Source of the DNA: Armatimonadia bacterium
Lineage (GTDB): Bacteria > Armatimonadota > Zipacnadia > Zipacnadales > UBA11051
Direction of reading: 5' to 3'
Length of the DNA: 47,959 nucleotides
Assembly (NCBI GenBank): GCA_039683575.1
Contig: JBDKRC010000063.1
Location: 1-47,959 of the forward strand
In this document: positions 1-9,992 of the stretch, in pieces
Layout of the letters: each line of letters begins with the position of its first letter
Numbering within the stretch: position 1 is the first letter of the stretch
Position numbers and translations under genes: made by a program
The notes under the pieces: model-generated
What the model was told of the DNA's origin: nothing
Seen by the model: the letters and a program-made list of their open reading frames with translations, nothing else
The model's database searches: none

Positions 1-75
1 CCCTGACCCCTGACCCCTGACCCCTGACCCCTGACCCCTGACCCCTGACCCCTGACCCCTGACCCCTGACCCCTG
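1..75 (+). repeat. Perfect heptamer tandem repeat (CCCTGAC)x10 plus CCCTG, truncated by the window start
   Basis: Read directly from the sequence; same unit family as the degenerate NNCTGNN arrays elsewhere in the window. Confidence 0.98.
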
Positions 76-140
76 CCACTCCCGCCGTTCATCCTGCCCA
101 TCCTGAAGAGCTCTCTCTCTCTCCTCCCCCCAACACAAAC

Positions 141-167
141 AAAAGACGGCGCCTCTCAGCGCCGTCT
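141..167 (-). terminator. Intrinsic terminator of the 191-865 gene
   Basis: AGACGGCGC-6nt-GCGCCGTCT hairpin with a T-run on the minus strand, just past the stop codon. Confidence 0.7.
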
Positions 168-190
168 CTCATCTTTCGTCCTTAGCCGCC

Positions 191-865
191 TTACTTGGCA
201 GCAGGCACCGTCGCCACCATCCGCACCGACCGGTCTGCCACTGTATACAGCAGGTCGTTCGGATGCGCCTCGAGATCGGTCCTCAGCACATTGCCGAGAT
301 AGATCCCGTTATCCTTCGAATCCTCCAGCGCCAGTCCCCGGTTTTCCAGCGACAGCGCCACAGCCGTCTCGAGCATCTTGCGGAACTCTGTCTTGTTCTG
401 TCCGGATATCTGCCACGCCTGCGTCACCGTGCTCGTGGCCATCTCCGCTGGCGTCCACTTCCCCGGCGCTGGTTCGCACACCGACGTCGGGATCATGCAC
501 TGCGCCTGTGGCCCCAGCGTCGCCAGTATCGCATGGTCTACGATGGCATATAGCAGGTTATCGGGGTCTGCCAGGACCTCTCGCGCCACCATGCCCCCGA
601 TCTTCTGGCCCATGACGCGGTCATTCGGAAGCTGCAGCCCCCGGTTCGCGGACACCATTCCCACCATCTTCTGCACCATCATGGAGAACTCGTCCTGGTT
701 CTGCCCGCACAGTGCCCACGCCTGCGCCGCGGTATTGAGCACCGCCACATCCAGCCCCCACTTCGGCTGTGTAGCAGCCGCCTGGCCATAGGCCGCGCCC
801 ACCGTCAGAGTCCCCGCTATCAAGCAAGCCACCAACAGGCGGCAATCAACTGTCCTCATCTCCAT
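191..865 (-). CDS. Secreted hypothetical protein with an internally duplicated ~70-aa domain
   Basis: N-terminal signal peptide (AAYG-QA); two repeats T..QAW...GQN..EF..M........NRGL.L......G...G..........P..LLY...D; GGAGG upstream. Confidence 0.85.
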   Translation of the reverse strand: MEMRTVDCRLLVACLIAGTLTVGAAYGQAAATQPKWGLDVAVLNTAAQAWALCGQNQDEFSMMVQKMVGMVSANRGLQLPNDRVMGQKIGGMVAREVLADPDNLLYAIVDHAILATLGPQAQCMIPTSVCEPAPGKWTPAEMATSTVTQAWQISGQNKTEFRKMLETAVALSLENRGLALEDSKDNGIYLGNVLRTDLEAHPNDLLYTVADRSVRMVATVPAAK

Positions 866-883
866 CCTCCTCTCTCCAAGTCC

Positions 884-1046
884 CGTCTTGCGTCTGACGT
901 CTTACGTCTAGCCTCTGCCTCCGCAGGTCAGGCCCACTTCCCAGTTCCCCCTCCGGCCGTCCCAGCCGTATCTGGCCCCTGATCCCTGATCCCTGACCCC
1001 TGTCGTTCCCCCGCCGGATGTTTTCCGTTTTCTGTTTTCCGTTTTC
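884..1046 (+). repeat. Cluster of three 7-nt-period arrays: CGTCTNN x4 (884-911), NCTGNNN x5 (971-1005), GTTTTCN x4 (1020-1046)
   Basis: Read directly from the intergenic sequence. Confidence 0.85.
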
Positions 1047-1061
1047 GCCGTCCTCTCCCCC

Positions 1062-1421
1062 CTAGTCCCTCGTCCCCACATAGATCGCGCCGCCCGCGCC
1101 GCCGATCAACGCCCCTCCCAGCGCATCGCCAAGTCCGCCGCCGGTCAGCAGCCCTACGCCGCCGCCGATCATGGCCCCGGTTCGCGCATCACGCTTGGCA
1201 TGCTCGCCGCGCCGCCCGTGCTCGCCCAGCGCGCCTATCCCGCCGCCGATGGCCGCGCCCTTGATGATGCCGCCCAGGCCATCGCCAAATAGCAGCCCCA
1301 CGCCGCCGCCGATCAGTGCCCCCTTCTTCCACTTGTCCTGCGCCTGCGCTGGACCGCTGCTCAGCACCAGGGTCACGACAAGGGCCCCCAGTACCAGCAC
1401 CGCCAGAGTTGATTTGCTCAT
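1062..1421 (-). CDS. Secreted glycine-zipper (YMGG-like) protein
   Basis: Start MSKST preceded by GAAGGAG; signal peptide ending AQA; repeated GALIGGGVG motifs. Confidence 0.85.
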   Translation of the reverse strand: MSKSTLAVLVLGALVVTLVLSSGPAQAQDKWKKGALIGGGVGLLFGDGLGGIIKGAAIGGGIGALGEHGRRGEHAKRDARTGAMIGGGVGLLTGGGLGDALGGALIGGAGGAIYVGTRD

Positions 1422-1802
1422 GATACTCTCCTTCCACCGCGAAAAGACCTCGAGCCCACGGCCCCAAAGGCCTCGGGCCACTCGGCGGGACGATCCCACC
1501 ACCTGTACTTGACGCGCCCCCGCCGTGCCTGTTCACGGTAGAAGATCCTCCCCAGGCGCCCACCCCGCGCCCCCGGCCGTTCAGCCGTTCGGAGGGGCCG
1601 CGCGGAGACCGCTCACGGTCTCACAGCGGCCCGCCGTTATCCCCGACCAACCCTCATCCCGCCCCTATCCTGTCCATCCTGACCCCCTCAAATCTCCCCC
1701 CAAATCCCCCAAAAAAGTTGCTCAAGCTTTGCAGGTCTTCATCATCTTCCCGTCAAACTTACCGCTAAGCGTGTCCTAACCGCACTATGAGGGAGTCGAT
1801 CC

Positions 1803-4800
1803 ATGCGTTCGCACCTGCTGTACATCAGCCTCACTGCGATCATTTTGTCACTTCTGGTACCGGCGATCCTGCTGGCCTACCCGTCGCGTAGCGAGCTCTT
1901 TGCTACCGTCGCCGCCCAGGCCCCAATCCCCGGACAGCGCGTTGCCATAGACGTCTACGACCTGCAGACACACACCATGCGCCGCCTGACCGGCTACGCA
2001 AACAGCGCGATGTCATCCCCGGGTGCGCCGCAGGGACCGCAACTCATGCCTCCCCATCCTGATCTCCTCAAGGACCCTATCCTGCGTCAGCGCTTCAGAG
2101 ATCTCGAGCGCCGCATCAGTGCCCGAGGAATTGAGCGTCCTGGTTCGAATCCGGTTGAGATTCGGCGTCTCGCCAGCGGTTTCCGTCCCAGCCCGAAGGT
2201 CGGAACTTGGCGGGCCGTCGTCCTGCTCGTGGACTTTTCCGATAAGGCCCCGACCTACTATCCTGGCGCCGGCGCGGTGGCCCACTTCAACGACATGCTG
2301 TTTGAGGCGTCTCCCTACACCAACAGCATGCAGGACTACTACAAAGAAGCTTCCTTCGATCAACTGACTGTCACAGGTGAAGCCAATGGCGGTGCCTCGG
2401 GGTGGTTCAGGGCTCCGTCGACGATAGCCTACTATGCTAACGGCCAGTACGGTCTAGGCGGCGATACATACCCCTACAACTACCCCAACAACGCTCAGAA
2501 GCTTGTTGAAGACGTAGTCGCGCTGGCCGACCCCTACGTCAACTTCGCACAGTACGCCAACGATGGGAGCAGCTACATCAACTCGCTCTTCGTGGTTCAT
2601 GCTGGAAGAGGAGCCGAGGAGACCGGCAATACCAGTGATATCTGGTCGCACATGTGGGGGGTACATACTTCTGCCACCTATGATGGCAAGACACTCGCTG
2701 GCTATAGCATGGAACCGGAAGATGGGGACGTCGGTGTCTTCGCCCATGAGTACGGCCACGTGCTGGGTCTCCCTGATCTGTACGACTACGACTACGACTC
2801 CGCCGGAGTGGGCTATTGGAGCCTGATGGCCGGTGGCTCGTGGGGCGGTGGCGGTGCGCTGCCTGTTCAACCCGATCCCTACTGCCGCATTCAGCTAGGT
2901 TGGATGTCGCCAACCCTTGTTCCGACTTACTTGACCAGCGCGCCAGTCGATTCCATGGCAACCGCCGCTGCCGACCTCTACAAACTCTGGAGGGGTACTG
3001 TCGGCAAGGAATACTTCCTGGTGGAGAATCGGCAGCAGGTTGGCTTCGATGCCAGCCTCCCCGGAGCCGGCATGTGCATCTGGCACATCGACGAGAACAT
3101 GCCCAACAACAACACGCAGTGGTATCCTCCCCTCGATGCCGCTTTCGGCCACTATCGCGTCGCTCTCGAACAGGCGGATGGTCTCTACCAACTTGAACAC
3201 TACACTAGTACTGGCGACCCCAATGATACCTGGAAATCAAGCGTCGCTGGCTTCCATGCAGGCAGCAGTCCAAGCAGCGACAAGTATGTCGGCGGCGCGT
3301 CTTGGGTCCGCGTCCGCAGCATCAGCGCCTCCGGTACAAACATGACCGCTGATCTGATATCGGACCTCCCGCCCACGGCCCCGACCGTAGACATCAGCCC
3401 CGCCCCAACCGCCGCGCATAACGTCGACCTGACTGTTACGCACGGTACCTCCACTGACATCGAAGGCGACAGCATCACTTACTACGTCCAGTGGGCGGTT
3501 AAGCCCTCAGGCGGGTCATACGGAGCCTGGAGCAGTCCCAGCACCACGATGACCCTCCCGGCCTCCAGCACAACCACCGACGACACCTGGAAAGCCCGCG
3601 TCTATGCCAGTTCGGGTTCGCCCGCAATCAGCTCTAGCCCGGTCGAGACTTCCGAAGTACTGATCTTTGGCAACCCGCCCGCCCAGCCGACCCTCGTCAT
3701 CGCCCCCTCGCCCTGCACCACCCTGCAGGACCTGACAGCGACCGCCTCCGGCCAATCCGACCCCGATGGCGACCTTATCACCGCCGAAGAGTACCGCTGG
3801 TCCGAGAGTTCCACCTCCGGTGCCTCCTGGACCACCCTCGCCGGCCAGACCACCAACACCCTCTCCAACACCCTGACCACCAAGGGCCGCTGGTACCGCT
3901 GTGAATACCGCTATCAGGCCGGCGGTGACTGGACGACTTTGGTCGAAGCCATCTCCGTCTGCAATGACACCGGCCCCACCAAGCCCACCAGCGCCGTGCT
4001 GACGCCGGACCCGGCCGTCACCACCGACAACCTCACCGCCGTTGGTACCGGCTCCCAGGATGACGACAACGAAGCCATCACTTACCAGTACGAGTGGCGT
4101 CACGGCAGCACCATCGACCTGAGTGCCGAGGCCTGGGTCGCAGGCACCGACACCACCAACCAAAGTGCCACCCTTAAGGGCCAGTACTGGCAGTTCCGTG
4201 TCCGCGCTTCCTCCGGCTCGCCCACGCCCACCACCAGCGACTGGCAGCAGAGCAACGTGATCTTCATCGGCGATACCGCCCCCATCACCCCGAACAAGAT
4301 CACCTACACGCCCGCCAATCCCAAGACCCTCGACAACGTCGTCGCCGTCGCGTCGGGCAGCACTGACCCCGACTACACCGAGGGCGTGGACACACTCAAC
4401 TACAAATACCAGTGGCAGAAGCTCGTCCTCGGTATCTGGCAGGACCTAGGCGGAGCCACCACGGACACTCTGGACAATGCCCTGACCGAAAAGGGAGACA
4501 CCTTCCGCTGCGTAGCCATTGCTGAAGGCACCAACGGCTCGCTAACCGGCCAGAGCGCTCCGTTCAATGGCCTTGATCTCCCAATCGGCAACAGCAGTCC
4601 TGTCCTCCCCGCCAAGCCGACTATCGCTCCGGTGCCCCCGCTGGCCGGCGCTGACCTCACCGCCTCCTACGTTGCACCAACTCCGCAGGACCCTGACAGC
4701 GCTGACACGGTCAGCTACGTCTTCAAGTGGGCCCGCAGCCTCGACAAGGGCGGCACATGGGGCGCGTGGCAGGATGGCACCGGCACCAACGGCCAGACAC

Positions 4801-7694
4801 TGCCCGGTACCAGCACCGCCAAGGGGCAGTACTGGAAGGCCAAGTTGACCCTCACTGACAGTGACGCGACGCCGCTGTCGGTCACCATTGAGACCGACCC
4901 GGTCGAGATTATCGACCGCCCGCCCACTGGCACCGTCACCGTCACCGTCACACCCGCCACCCCCCGCACCGCTGACGCCCTCGCTGCGGCGGTCGAAGGC
5001 GGCAGCGACCCGGATGGCGACGCCCTGACCTACGAAATCCAGTGGGCCTACAGCGACAACAACGGCGGCGCCTGGAGCGCCTGGGGCAATGACGGCGACA
5101 CCATCAACGCTGACCTCACCACCAAGCACCAGCAGTGGAAGGCCCAGGCCCGCGCGGTCTCCGGCTTCCCGCTCAATCCCGGTGCCTGGTTCGAGAGCAA
5201 CGTCGTAACCATCGCCAACACCGCCCCGCCGGCTCCCGGCAGCGTGACCATCACGCCCGCGACGCCCGACATCACCCAGGACCTCACCGCTACCGCGGAG
5301 TTGGGAACTGACGCCGACGGCGATGCTCTCAGCCCGGTCATCCAGTGGTCCAAGTCGTCCGACAATGGCACGACCTGGTCCGCCTGGGGCCTCGACGGCG
5401 CCACCCTCAACAAGTCCAACCTGGTCAAGGGTGACCGCTGGCGAGCCCGCGCCGCCGCTGTCGATGGCGACGACGATGACGATGACGGCGACATCGATGC
5501 CGATGACCACGGTGTCTGGCGCGCCAGCGCCTCGGTCACGGTCATCAACCTCGCGCCGACCGCGCCCCAGGGCGTAGTCATCACACCGGCGCCGGCCTAC
5601 ACCGACTCCGTCCTCACCGCCCAGGCTACTGGCGGCGCGGATCCCGACGGCACCGCGACCCCGGCCTACGAGTACGAGTGGGCCGTCAGCACCGACGGCG
5701 GCACCACCTGGAGCGAATGGGACCATCCCGGCGCCTCGCTCCCCGCTTCCGCCACCACCAAGCTCGAGGTCTGGAAAGCGCGCGCCTTCACCTTCGACGG
5801 CACTGTCATGAGTGACACCGCAGTCGAGAGCGATCCGATCGCCATCCAGGACTCCCCGCCGACGCCGCCCACCGAGATCGTGGTGACGCCCTCCAGTCCC
5901 ACGGCTGGCGCCGCTCTGACCGCTGAGGCCTCCGGCTCCACCGATCCCGATGGCGACCCGATCACGGGGTACCTCTTCCGCTGGTCATCCCGCACGCCCA
6001 CAAACATGACTTGGACGCCATGGGTTGATGGGGCGACCATCCCCGCCGGTCAGACGGTTCGTGGCCAGCAGTGGCGAGTCCGCGCCCGCGCCTTGTCCGG
6101 CGGCGTACCGGGTTCGCCTTCGAAGGGGCTCAAGCCCGGCAACCTGGAGAGCTCCGAGTTCGCCATGCCCGGTGCCATTACCGTCGGCAACACGGCCCCC
6201 ACGGCTCCTGCTGCCTTCGCAATCTCACCGGCCTCGCCGCTGACCGACGATGCCCTGACCGTATCGCCGACCGGCTCCACGGATGTGGACGGCGACAGCC
6301 CCACTTACCAGGTACAGTGGTGCAAGAGCGTCGACGCCGGGCTGAGCTGGAGCGGATGGGGCTACACCGGTGAGACCCTCTCTGCCCTCCGCACCACCCG
6401 TGGTGAGCTCTGGAAGGCCCGTGCCCGCGCCTATGACAGACGCACCTACGGCGCCTTCACGATCTCCGAGCCGGTCACGATCGGCAATACCGCGCCGACC
6501 GACCCGCTTGAGGTCTCCCTGACCCCTGGCGACGGCAACCTTGCCGACCGTCTCTTCGCTTCGGCCGCCGGTTCAACTGACGCCGACGGAGACAGCATTC
6601 AGTACGGCTTCCACTGGGCCCGCAGCCTCGACGGCGGCGCCACGTGGAGTGACTGGAAGTGGGATGGTGCCGTCCTCCCGCCGAGCGTGGTCTCCATTGC
6701 CGACATGTGGAAGGTCCGCGCTCGCGCCTCTGACTCCACCAGCAAGTGCTCGAACTGGGTTGAGAGCGCGCCCCTGCAGTTGCACGTCCTGGCCCGCAAT
6801 ACCCGGCCACTGAATGCTTCTGTAAACATCCAGCGCGCGGCGCCTCTGGGCGTCTGCTTCTATCGCGCGGTCAACGAGGCCACAGCCGAAGCCAGGTTCA
6901 CCGTCCGGGCCACCGGCGGCGCCATCGTCCCGGGGACCTTCATGTGGACCTCCCCCGGCCGCTACATGCACTTCAGGCCGGACGCGCCTCTGGCTGCCTC
7001 CACGGCCTACACCGCCACAATCAGCCCCGGGGTTCAGTATGCAAGCGGTGCCGTGACCGATTGGAGCGAGTCCTTCTCCTTCACCACAGGCAATGAGCCC
7101 GTCGTGTCCTCCTACTCACCAGTGGGCACCGACGTCCCGCTGGCCTCTGGTATCAACGTCACCTTCGACCAGGACATGGACCGGGCGTCGGTCCGCCGGA
7201 ACTTCCTCGTACAGGGCCCCGGCGGAACGGCCGTTGCTGGCCGCTATGTATGGTTCGGCAACCGTCAGGTGACCTTCGACCCGACAGCGTCCCTGCTGCC
7301 GAGTACCACCTACAATGTTACTATCGGTCTGCGCTGTCTGAACCTTACCGGTTCGACCTCGCTGCGCCGCGACTACAACTGGACCTTCATCACCGGCGAC
7401 GGTAGCGCGGCGCCGGCCATGGCCACGGCCGTCGCGACCTCTACTGCCGCTGGTGCCCAGATCACCATCAACCTCACCGCTGCCGCCGATGTCAATGTAG
7501 CCATCTGCAACATCGCCGGACGCGTCGTCAGCGTCCTGCCGACGTCTACCTTGCCCTCCGGCACAACCACCCTGCTGTGGGATGGTCGCTCAAGCCTCGG
7601 CACGAAGGCCCCCGCTGGCCAGTACCTGGTCCAGATCGTGGTCCGCTCGGCCAATGGTGGCAGTGCTCGCACCGTCACCACCCTCCGCCGTTAG
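1803..7694 (+). CDS. M6-family (immune inhibitor A-like) secreted metalloprotease with about 12 tandem Ig-like repeats, two Big_5-like domains and a C-terminal FlgD-Ig-like domain
   Basis: Signal peptide; HEYGHVLGLPDLYD zinc motif; WSLMAGGSW; EYFLVENRQ; repeats NxAP..P...DPDGD...Y.YQW; terminal LLWDGR...APAGQYLV. Confidence 0.93.
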   Translation: MRSHLLYISLTAIILSLLVPAILLAYPSRSELFATVAAQAPIPGQRVAIDVYDLQTHTMRRLTGYANSAMSSPGAPQGPQLMPPHPDLLKDPILRQRFRDLERRISARGIERPGSNPVEIRRLASGFRPSPKVGTWRAVVLLVDFSDKAPTYYPGAGAVAHFNDMLFEASPYTNSMQDYYKEASFDQLTVTGEANGGASGWFRAPSTIAYYANGQYGLGGDTYPYNYPNNAQKLVEDVVALADPYVNFAQYANDGSSYINSLFVVHAGRGAEETGNTSDIWSHMWGVHTSATYDGKTLAGYSMEPEDGDVGVFAHEYGHVLGLPDLYDYDYDSAGVGYWSLMAGGSWGGGGALPVQPDPYCRIQLGWMSPTLVPTYLTSAPVDSMATAAADLYKLWRGTVGKEYFLVENRQQVGFDASLPGAGMCIWHIDENMPNNNTQWYPPLDAAFGHYRVALEQADGLYQLEHYTSTGDPNDTWKSSVAGFHAGSSPSSDKYVGGASWVRVRSISASGTNMTADLISDLPPTAPTVDISPAPTAAHNVDLTVTHGTSTDIEGDSITYYVQWAVKPSGGSYGAWSSPSTTMTLPASSTTTDDTWKARVYASSGSPAISSSPVETSEVLIFGNPPAQPTLVIAPSPCTTLQDLTATASGQSDPDGDLITAEEYRWSESSTSGASWTTLAGQTTNTLSNTLTTKGRWYRCEYRYQAGGDWTTLVEAISVCNDTGPTKPTSAVLTPDPAVTTDNLTAVGTGSQDDDNEAITYQYEWRHGSTIDLSAEAWVAGTDTTNQSATLKGQYWQFRVRASSGSPTPTTSDWQQSNVIFIGDTAPITPNKITYTPANPKTLDNVVAVASGSTDPDYTEGVDTLNYKYQWQKLVLGIWQDLGGATTDTLDNALTEKGDTFRCVAIAEGTNGSLTGQSAPFNGLDLPIGNSSPVLPAKPTIAPVPPLAGADLTASYVAPTPQDPDSADTVSYVFKWARSLDKGGTWGAWQDGTGTNGQTLPGTSTAKGQYWKAKLTLTDSDATPLSVTIETDPVEIIDRPPTGTVTVTVTPATPRTADALAAAVEGGSDPDGDALTYEIQWAYSDNNGGAWSAWGNDGDTINADLTTKHQQWKAQARAVSGFPLNPGAWFESNVVTIANTAPPAPGSVTITPATPDITQDLTATAELGTDADGDALSPVIQWSKSSDNGTTWSAWGLDGATLNKSNLVKGDRWRARAAAVDGDDDDDDGDIDADDHGVWRASASVTVINLAPTAPQGVVITPAPAYTDSVLTAQATGGADPDGTATPAYEYEWAVSTDGGTTWSEWDHPGASLPASATTKLEVWKARAFTFDGTVMSDTAVESDPIAIQDSPPTPPTEIVVTPSSPTAGAALTAEASGSTDPDGDPITGYLFRWSSRTPTNMTWTPWVDGATIPAGQTVRGQQWRVRARALSGGVPGSPSKGLKPGNLESSEFAMPGAITVGNTAPTAPAAFAISPASPLTDDALTVSPTGSTDVDGDSPTYQVQWCKSVDAGLSWSGWGYTGETLSALRTTRGELWKARARAYDRRTYGAFTISEPVTIGNTAPTDPLEVSLTPGDGNLADRLFASAAGSTDADGDSIQYGFHWARSLDGGATWSDWKWDGAVLPPSVVSIADMWKVRARASDSTSKCSNWVESAPLQLHVLARNTRPLNASVNIQRAAPLGVCFYRAVNEATAEARFTVRATGGAIVPGTFMWTSPGRYMHFRPDAPLAASTAYTATISPGVQYASGAVTDWSESFSFTTGNEPVVSSYSPVGTDVPLASGINVTFDQDMDRASVRRNFLVQGPGGTAVAGRYVWFGNRQVTFDPTASLLPSTTYNVTIGLRCLNLTGSTSLRRDYNWTFITGDGSAAPAMATAVATSTAAGAQITINLTAAADVNVAICNIAGRVVSVLPTSTLPSGTTTLLWDGRSSLGTKAPAGQYLVQIVVRSANGGSARTVTTLRR

Positions 7695-7708
7695 CCACCA
7701 AGCACCAA

Positions 7709-7753
7709 AAGAAGCCGGAGCCGGGATCGCAACGATCCCGGCTCCGGCTTCTT
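7709..7753 (+). terminator. Strong intrinsic terminator, possibly bidirectional
   Basis: AAGAAGCCGGAGCCGGGATCG-CAA-CGATCCCGGCTCCGGCTTCTT perfect hairpin. Confidence 0.9.
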
Positions 7754-7842
7754 CATTTTCCTCGTCTACGTCTTGAAGAACTCGTCCCGCCTGCGAACTA
7801 CCGCCCGCGGCCACCCGTCCATCTAGGTGGATCAGCACTAAG

Positions 7843-8952
7843 TTGGTGGTGGCTGTGTTGCAGGTATCATTGGTTTCGTTCGCCCAGTGCGGGGGCATTG
7901 TTCACTATAGTACGAGCCTTGCAAATGCACTTGCCCGGCATCTGCCGGTGCGCGTGCTCGTCCCGGACGGGGCAGACACCAGCGGATACGACCCTGACGT
8001 CGAGGTCGTCTATCTGCCGGTCCCCATGGACTGTTCGGCCCGCGAGATCTGCCGCGCTCCCAGCCGCATGATCCAGTTTCCGCGCGTTCTCCGGGCGCTC
8101 GAAGGCCCTCAGGACCACATCGTCCACTTCCTCAACCGGCATGAGTACCTCACTTTCGCCGCCCCGCTGGTCCGTAGCCGCCTCGTCGTAACCATGCACG
8201 ACCCCCGTCCGCACCGTGGCGAAGCCTCGCCACGCAAGCTTCTCGCCAACTGGACGCTGCGTCGCCAGGCGCGACGCATCTTCGTGTTTGGCAACATCCT
8301 CAAACAGCACCTCGTGGAGCAGGGCGTGCCCGAGGGGAGGATCACGGTCGTTCCCCATGGCAGCTTCTCGCGCTATGCCTGCGCGCCCCAGTCAGTGCCT
8401 GAGCAACCACCCATAGGCCTCTTCTTTGGCCGCATTCTGCCCTACAAAGGCGTCAATGTCCTGCTCCAGGCCGCCCCCCTCATCCGGGAGCAAGTGCCGG
8501 ACTTCCACCTGCTCATCGCCGGCGAGGGGGATGTACGGCCGTACCGCACGTTGCTCGACCGGGAACTGGCAACCGGCCACTGCGAACTGATCAACCGCTT
8601 CGTCTCTGACGAAGAGATGGGTACTCTCTTGGCCCGCTCGTCGGTAATCCTGCTCCCGTACCTCGAGGCGACACAATCCGGCGTGGTTCCGCTCGCCTAC
8701 GGCGCCCAACGCCCCGTCATCGCCACTGCCGTCGGGGCCATTCCCGAAATCATCGACAGTGGCCGGACCGGGCTGCTGGTGCCGCCCGATGACGCGCCCG
8801 CCCTGGCGGCGAGTACCGTAAAGCTCCTCAGCGACCCCAAGCTCGCCGGCGAAGTTGCCTGTGCCGGCAGGATATACGCCGAAGAACATCTCAGTTGGGA
8901 GGCTGTGGCCGAGAGTACCATACCCGTGTATGAGGAGATTGCGGCTCTGTAA
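7843..8952 (+). CDS. Glycosyltransferase family 4 (GT-B)
   Basis: GGI..Y; LFFGRILPYKG; LPYLEATQSGV...AYG..RPVIAT.VGAIPE motifs; exact start uncertain. Confidence 0.92.
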   Translation: MVVAVLQVSLVSFAQCGGIVHYSTSLANALARHLPVRVLVPDGADTSGYDPDVEVVYLPVPMDCSAREICRAPSRMIQFPRVLRALEGPQDHIVHFLNRHEYLTFAAPLVRSRLVVTMHDPRPHRGEASPRKLLANWTLRRQARRIFVFGNILKQHLVEQGVPEGRITVVPHGSFSRYACAPQSVPEQPPIGLFFGRILPYKGVNVLLQAAPLIREQVPDFHLLIAGEGDVRPYRTLLDRELATGHCELINRFVSDEEMGTLLARSSVILLPYLEATQSGVVPLAYGAQRPVIATAVGAIPEIIDSGRTGLLVPPDDAPALAASTVKLLSDPKLAGEVACAGRIYAEEHLSWEAVAESTIPVYEEIAAL

Positions 8953-8993
8953 CCGTCATTACTACGCGTTCCCTAGATCTGGAGCAGCAACAC

Positions 8994-9992
8994 ATGCTTC
9001 CTTCCGACCACGTAACGATAGTTGTCCCGACCTACAACGCCTGTCATGACCTGCGAGAGGCCGTGCTGTCGCTACTGGCGCAGGACTATCCCAGTCTCGA
9101 CGTGCTGGTTGTGGACAACAACTGCACCGATGGCACCTGCGAGATGCTGGACGATCTCGCACGCCGTGACGCGCGCGTGCGTCGTGTCCTCGAGACCGAG
9201 CAAAGCGTCACCTGTGCCCGCAATCGTGGCTGCCACGAGGCACAGGGCAACTATGTCGCCTTCTTGGACCATGACGAGATCGCGCCTCCGCACTGGCTCA
9301 GCACGCTCATGCAGTGCCACCGCGAAACCGGCGCTCCCGGCGTCGGCGGGCCCTACCAGCCCCTGTGGGAGGGTACTCCATCGCGCTGGCTGGCCCGCTC
9401 CACCTGTATGCAGGAAACGCTGAGCTTCATGGACTTCGGCCGGGTTCGCCGCCCGGTCGACTGGCTGCTCGGAGGCAATGTGCTCTACACCAGGGAAGCC
9501 CTGGAGCGCGTAAACTACTTCGGCAATTGGAAATCCTACACCAGCGGCCGTTGTCTGGTTGGGGGGGACGATATCGTAATGGGGGAGAGGATGCGGCGGG
9601 CCGGCCTGCAGATGCATTTCGAACCCGCCGCTGTTGTCAGTCACAAGGTCCCGCGCCGCCGTCAGCGCCTGTCCTACATTCTCCGCCGGGCCTTCTGGTC
9701 CGGCTATACCGACCTCGCCATCGGTCGTGAGTGGAAATTCGGCGCCAAAGGCGTCAGGGCCCTCAAACGTGGCCCCGACGCCATTGCCGTCGGAATGATG
9801 ATCTTGCCGGGGACGCTCTACGCGCGGCTACTGGTTCGCCTCGGCTATCTGCACCCGCTGTCTCCGACCGATGACGACAGCGCCCCGTGCCTGTACTCGG
9901 TGGTCGACGCTGAGGCTACCGCCGGTCAACCACAACCCGCTCAGGAGCCGAGCTCAGATACGGAGCTGCGTCGCCCGCGAGCCATAAACTGA
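8994..9992 (+). CDS. Glycosyltransferase family 2 (GT-A)
   Basis: IVVPTYN, VVDNNCTDGT, ARNRG, FLDHD (DxD) motifs. Confidence 0.92.
   Translation: MLPSDHVTIVVPTYNACHDLREAVLSLLAQDYPSLDVLVVDNNCTDGTCEMLDDLARRDARVRRVLETEQSVTCARNRGCHEAQGNYVAFLDHDEIAPPHWLSTLMQCHRETGAPGVGGPYQPLWEGTPSRWLARSTCMQETLSFMDFGRVRRPVDWLLGGNVLYTREALERVNYFGNWKSYTSGRCLVGGDDIVMGERMRRAGLQMHFEPAAVVSHKVPRRRQRLSYILRRAFWSGYTDLAIGREWKFGAKGVRALKRGPDAIAVGMMILPGTLYARLLVRLGYLHPLSPTDDDSAPCLYSVVDAEATAGQPQPAQEPSSDTELRRPRAIN

Noticed and set aside
1-75. True telomere of a linear or eukaryotic replicon
   Set aside because: The content is bacterial core chromosome and the same unit occurs at internal intergenic sites
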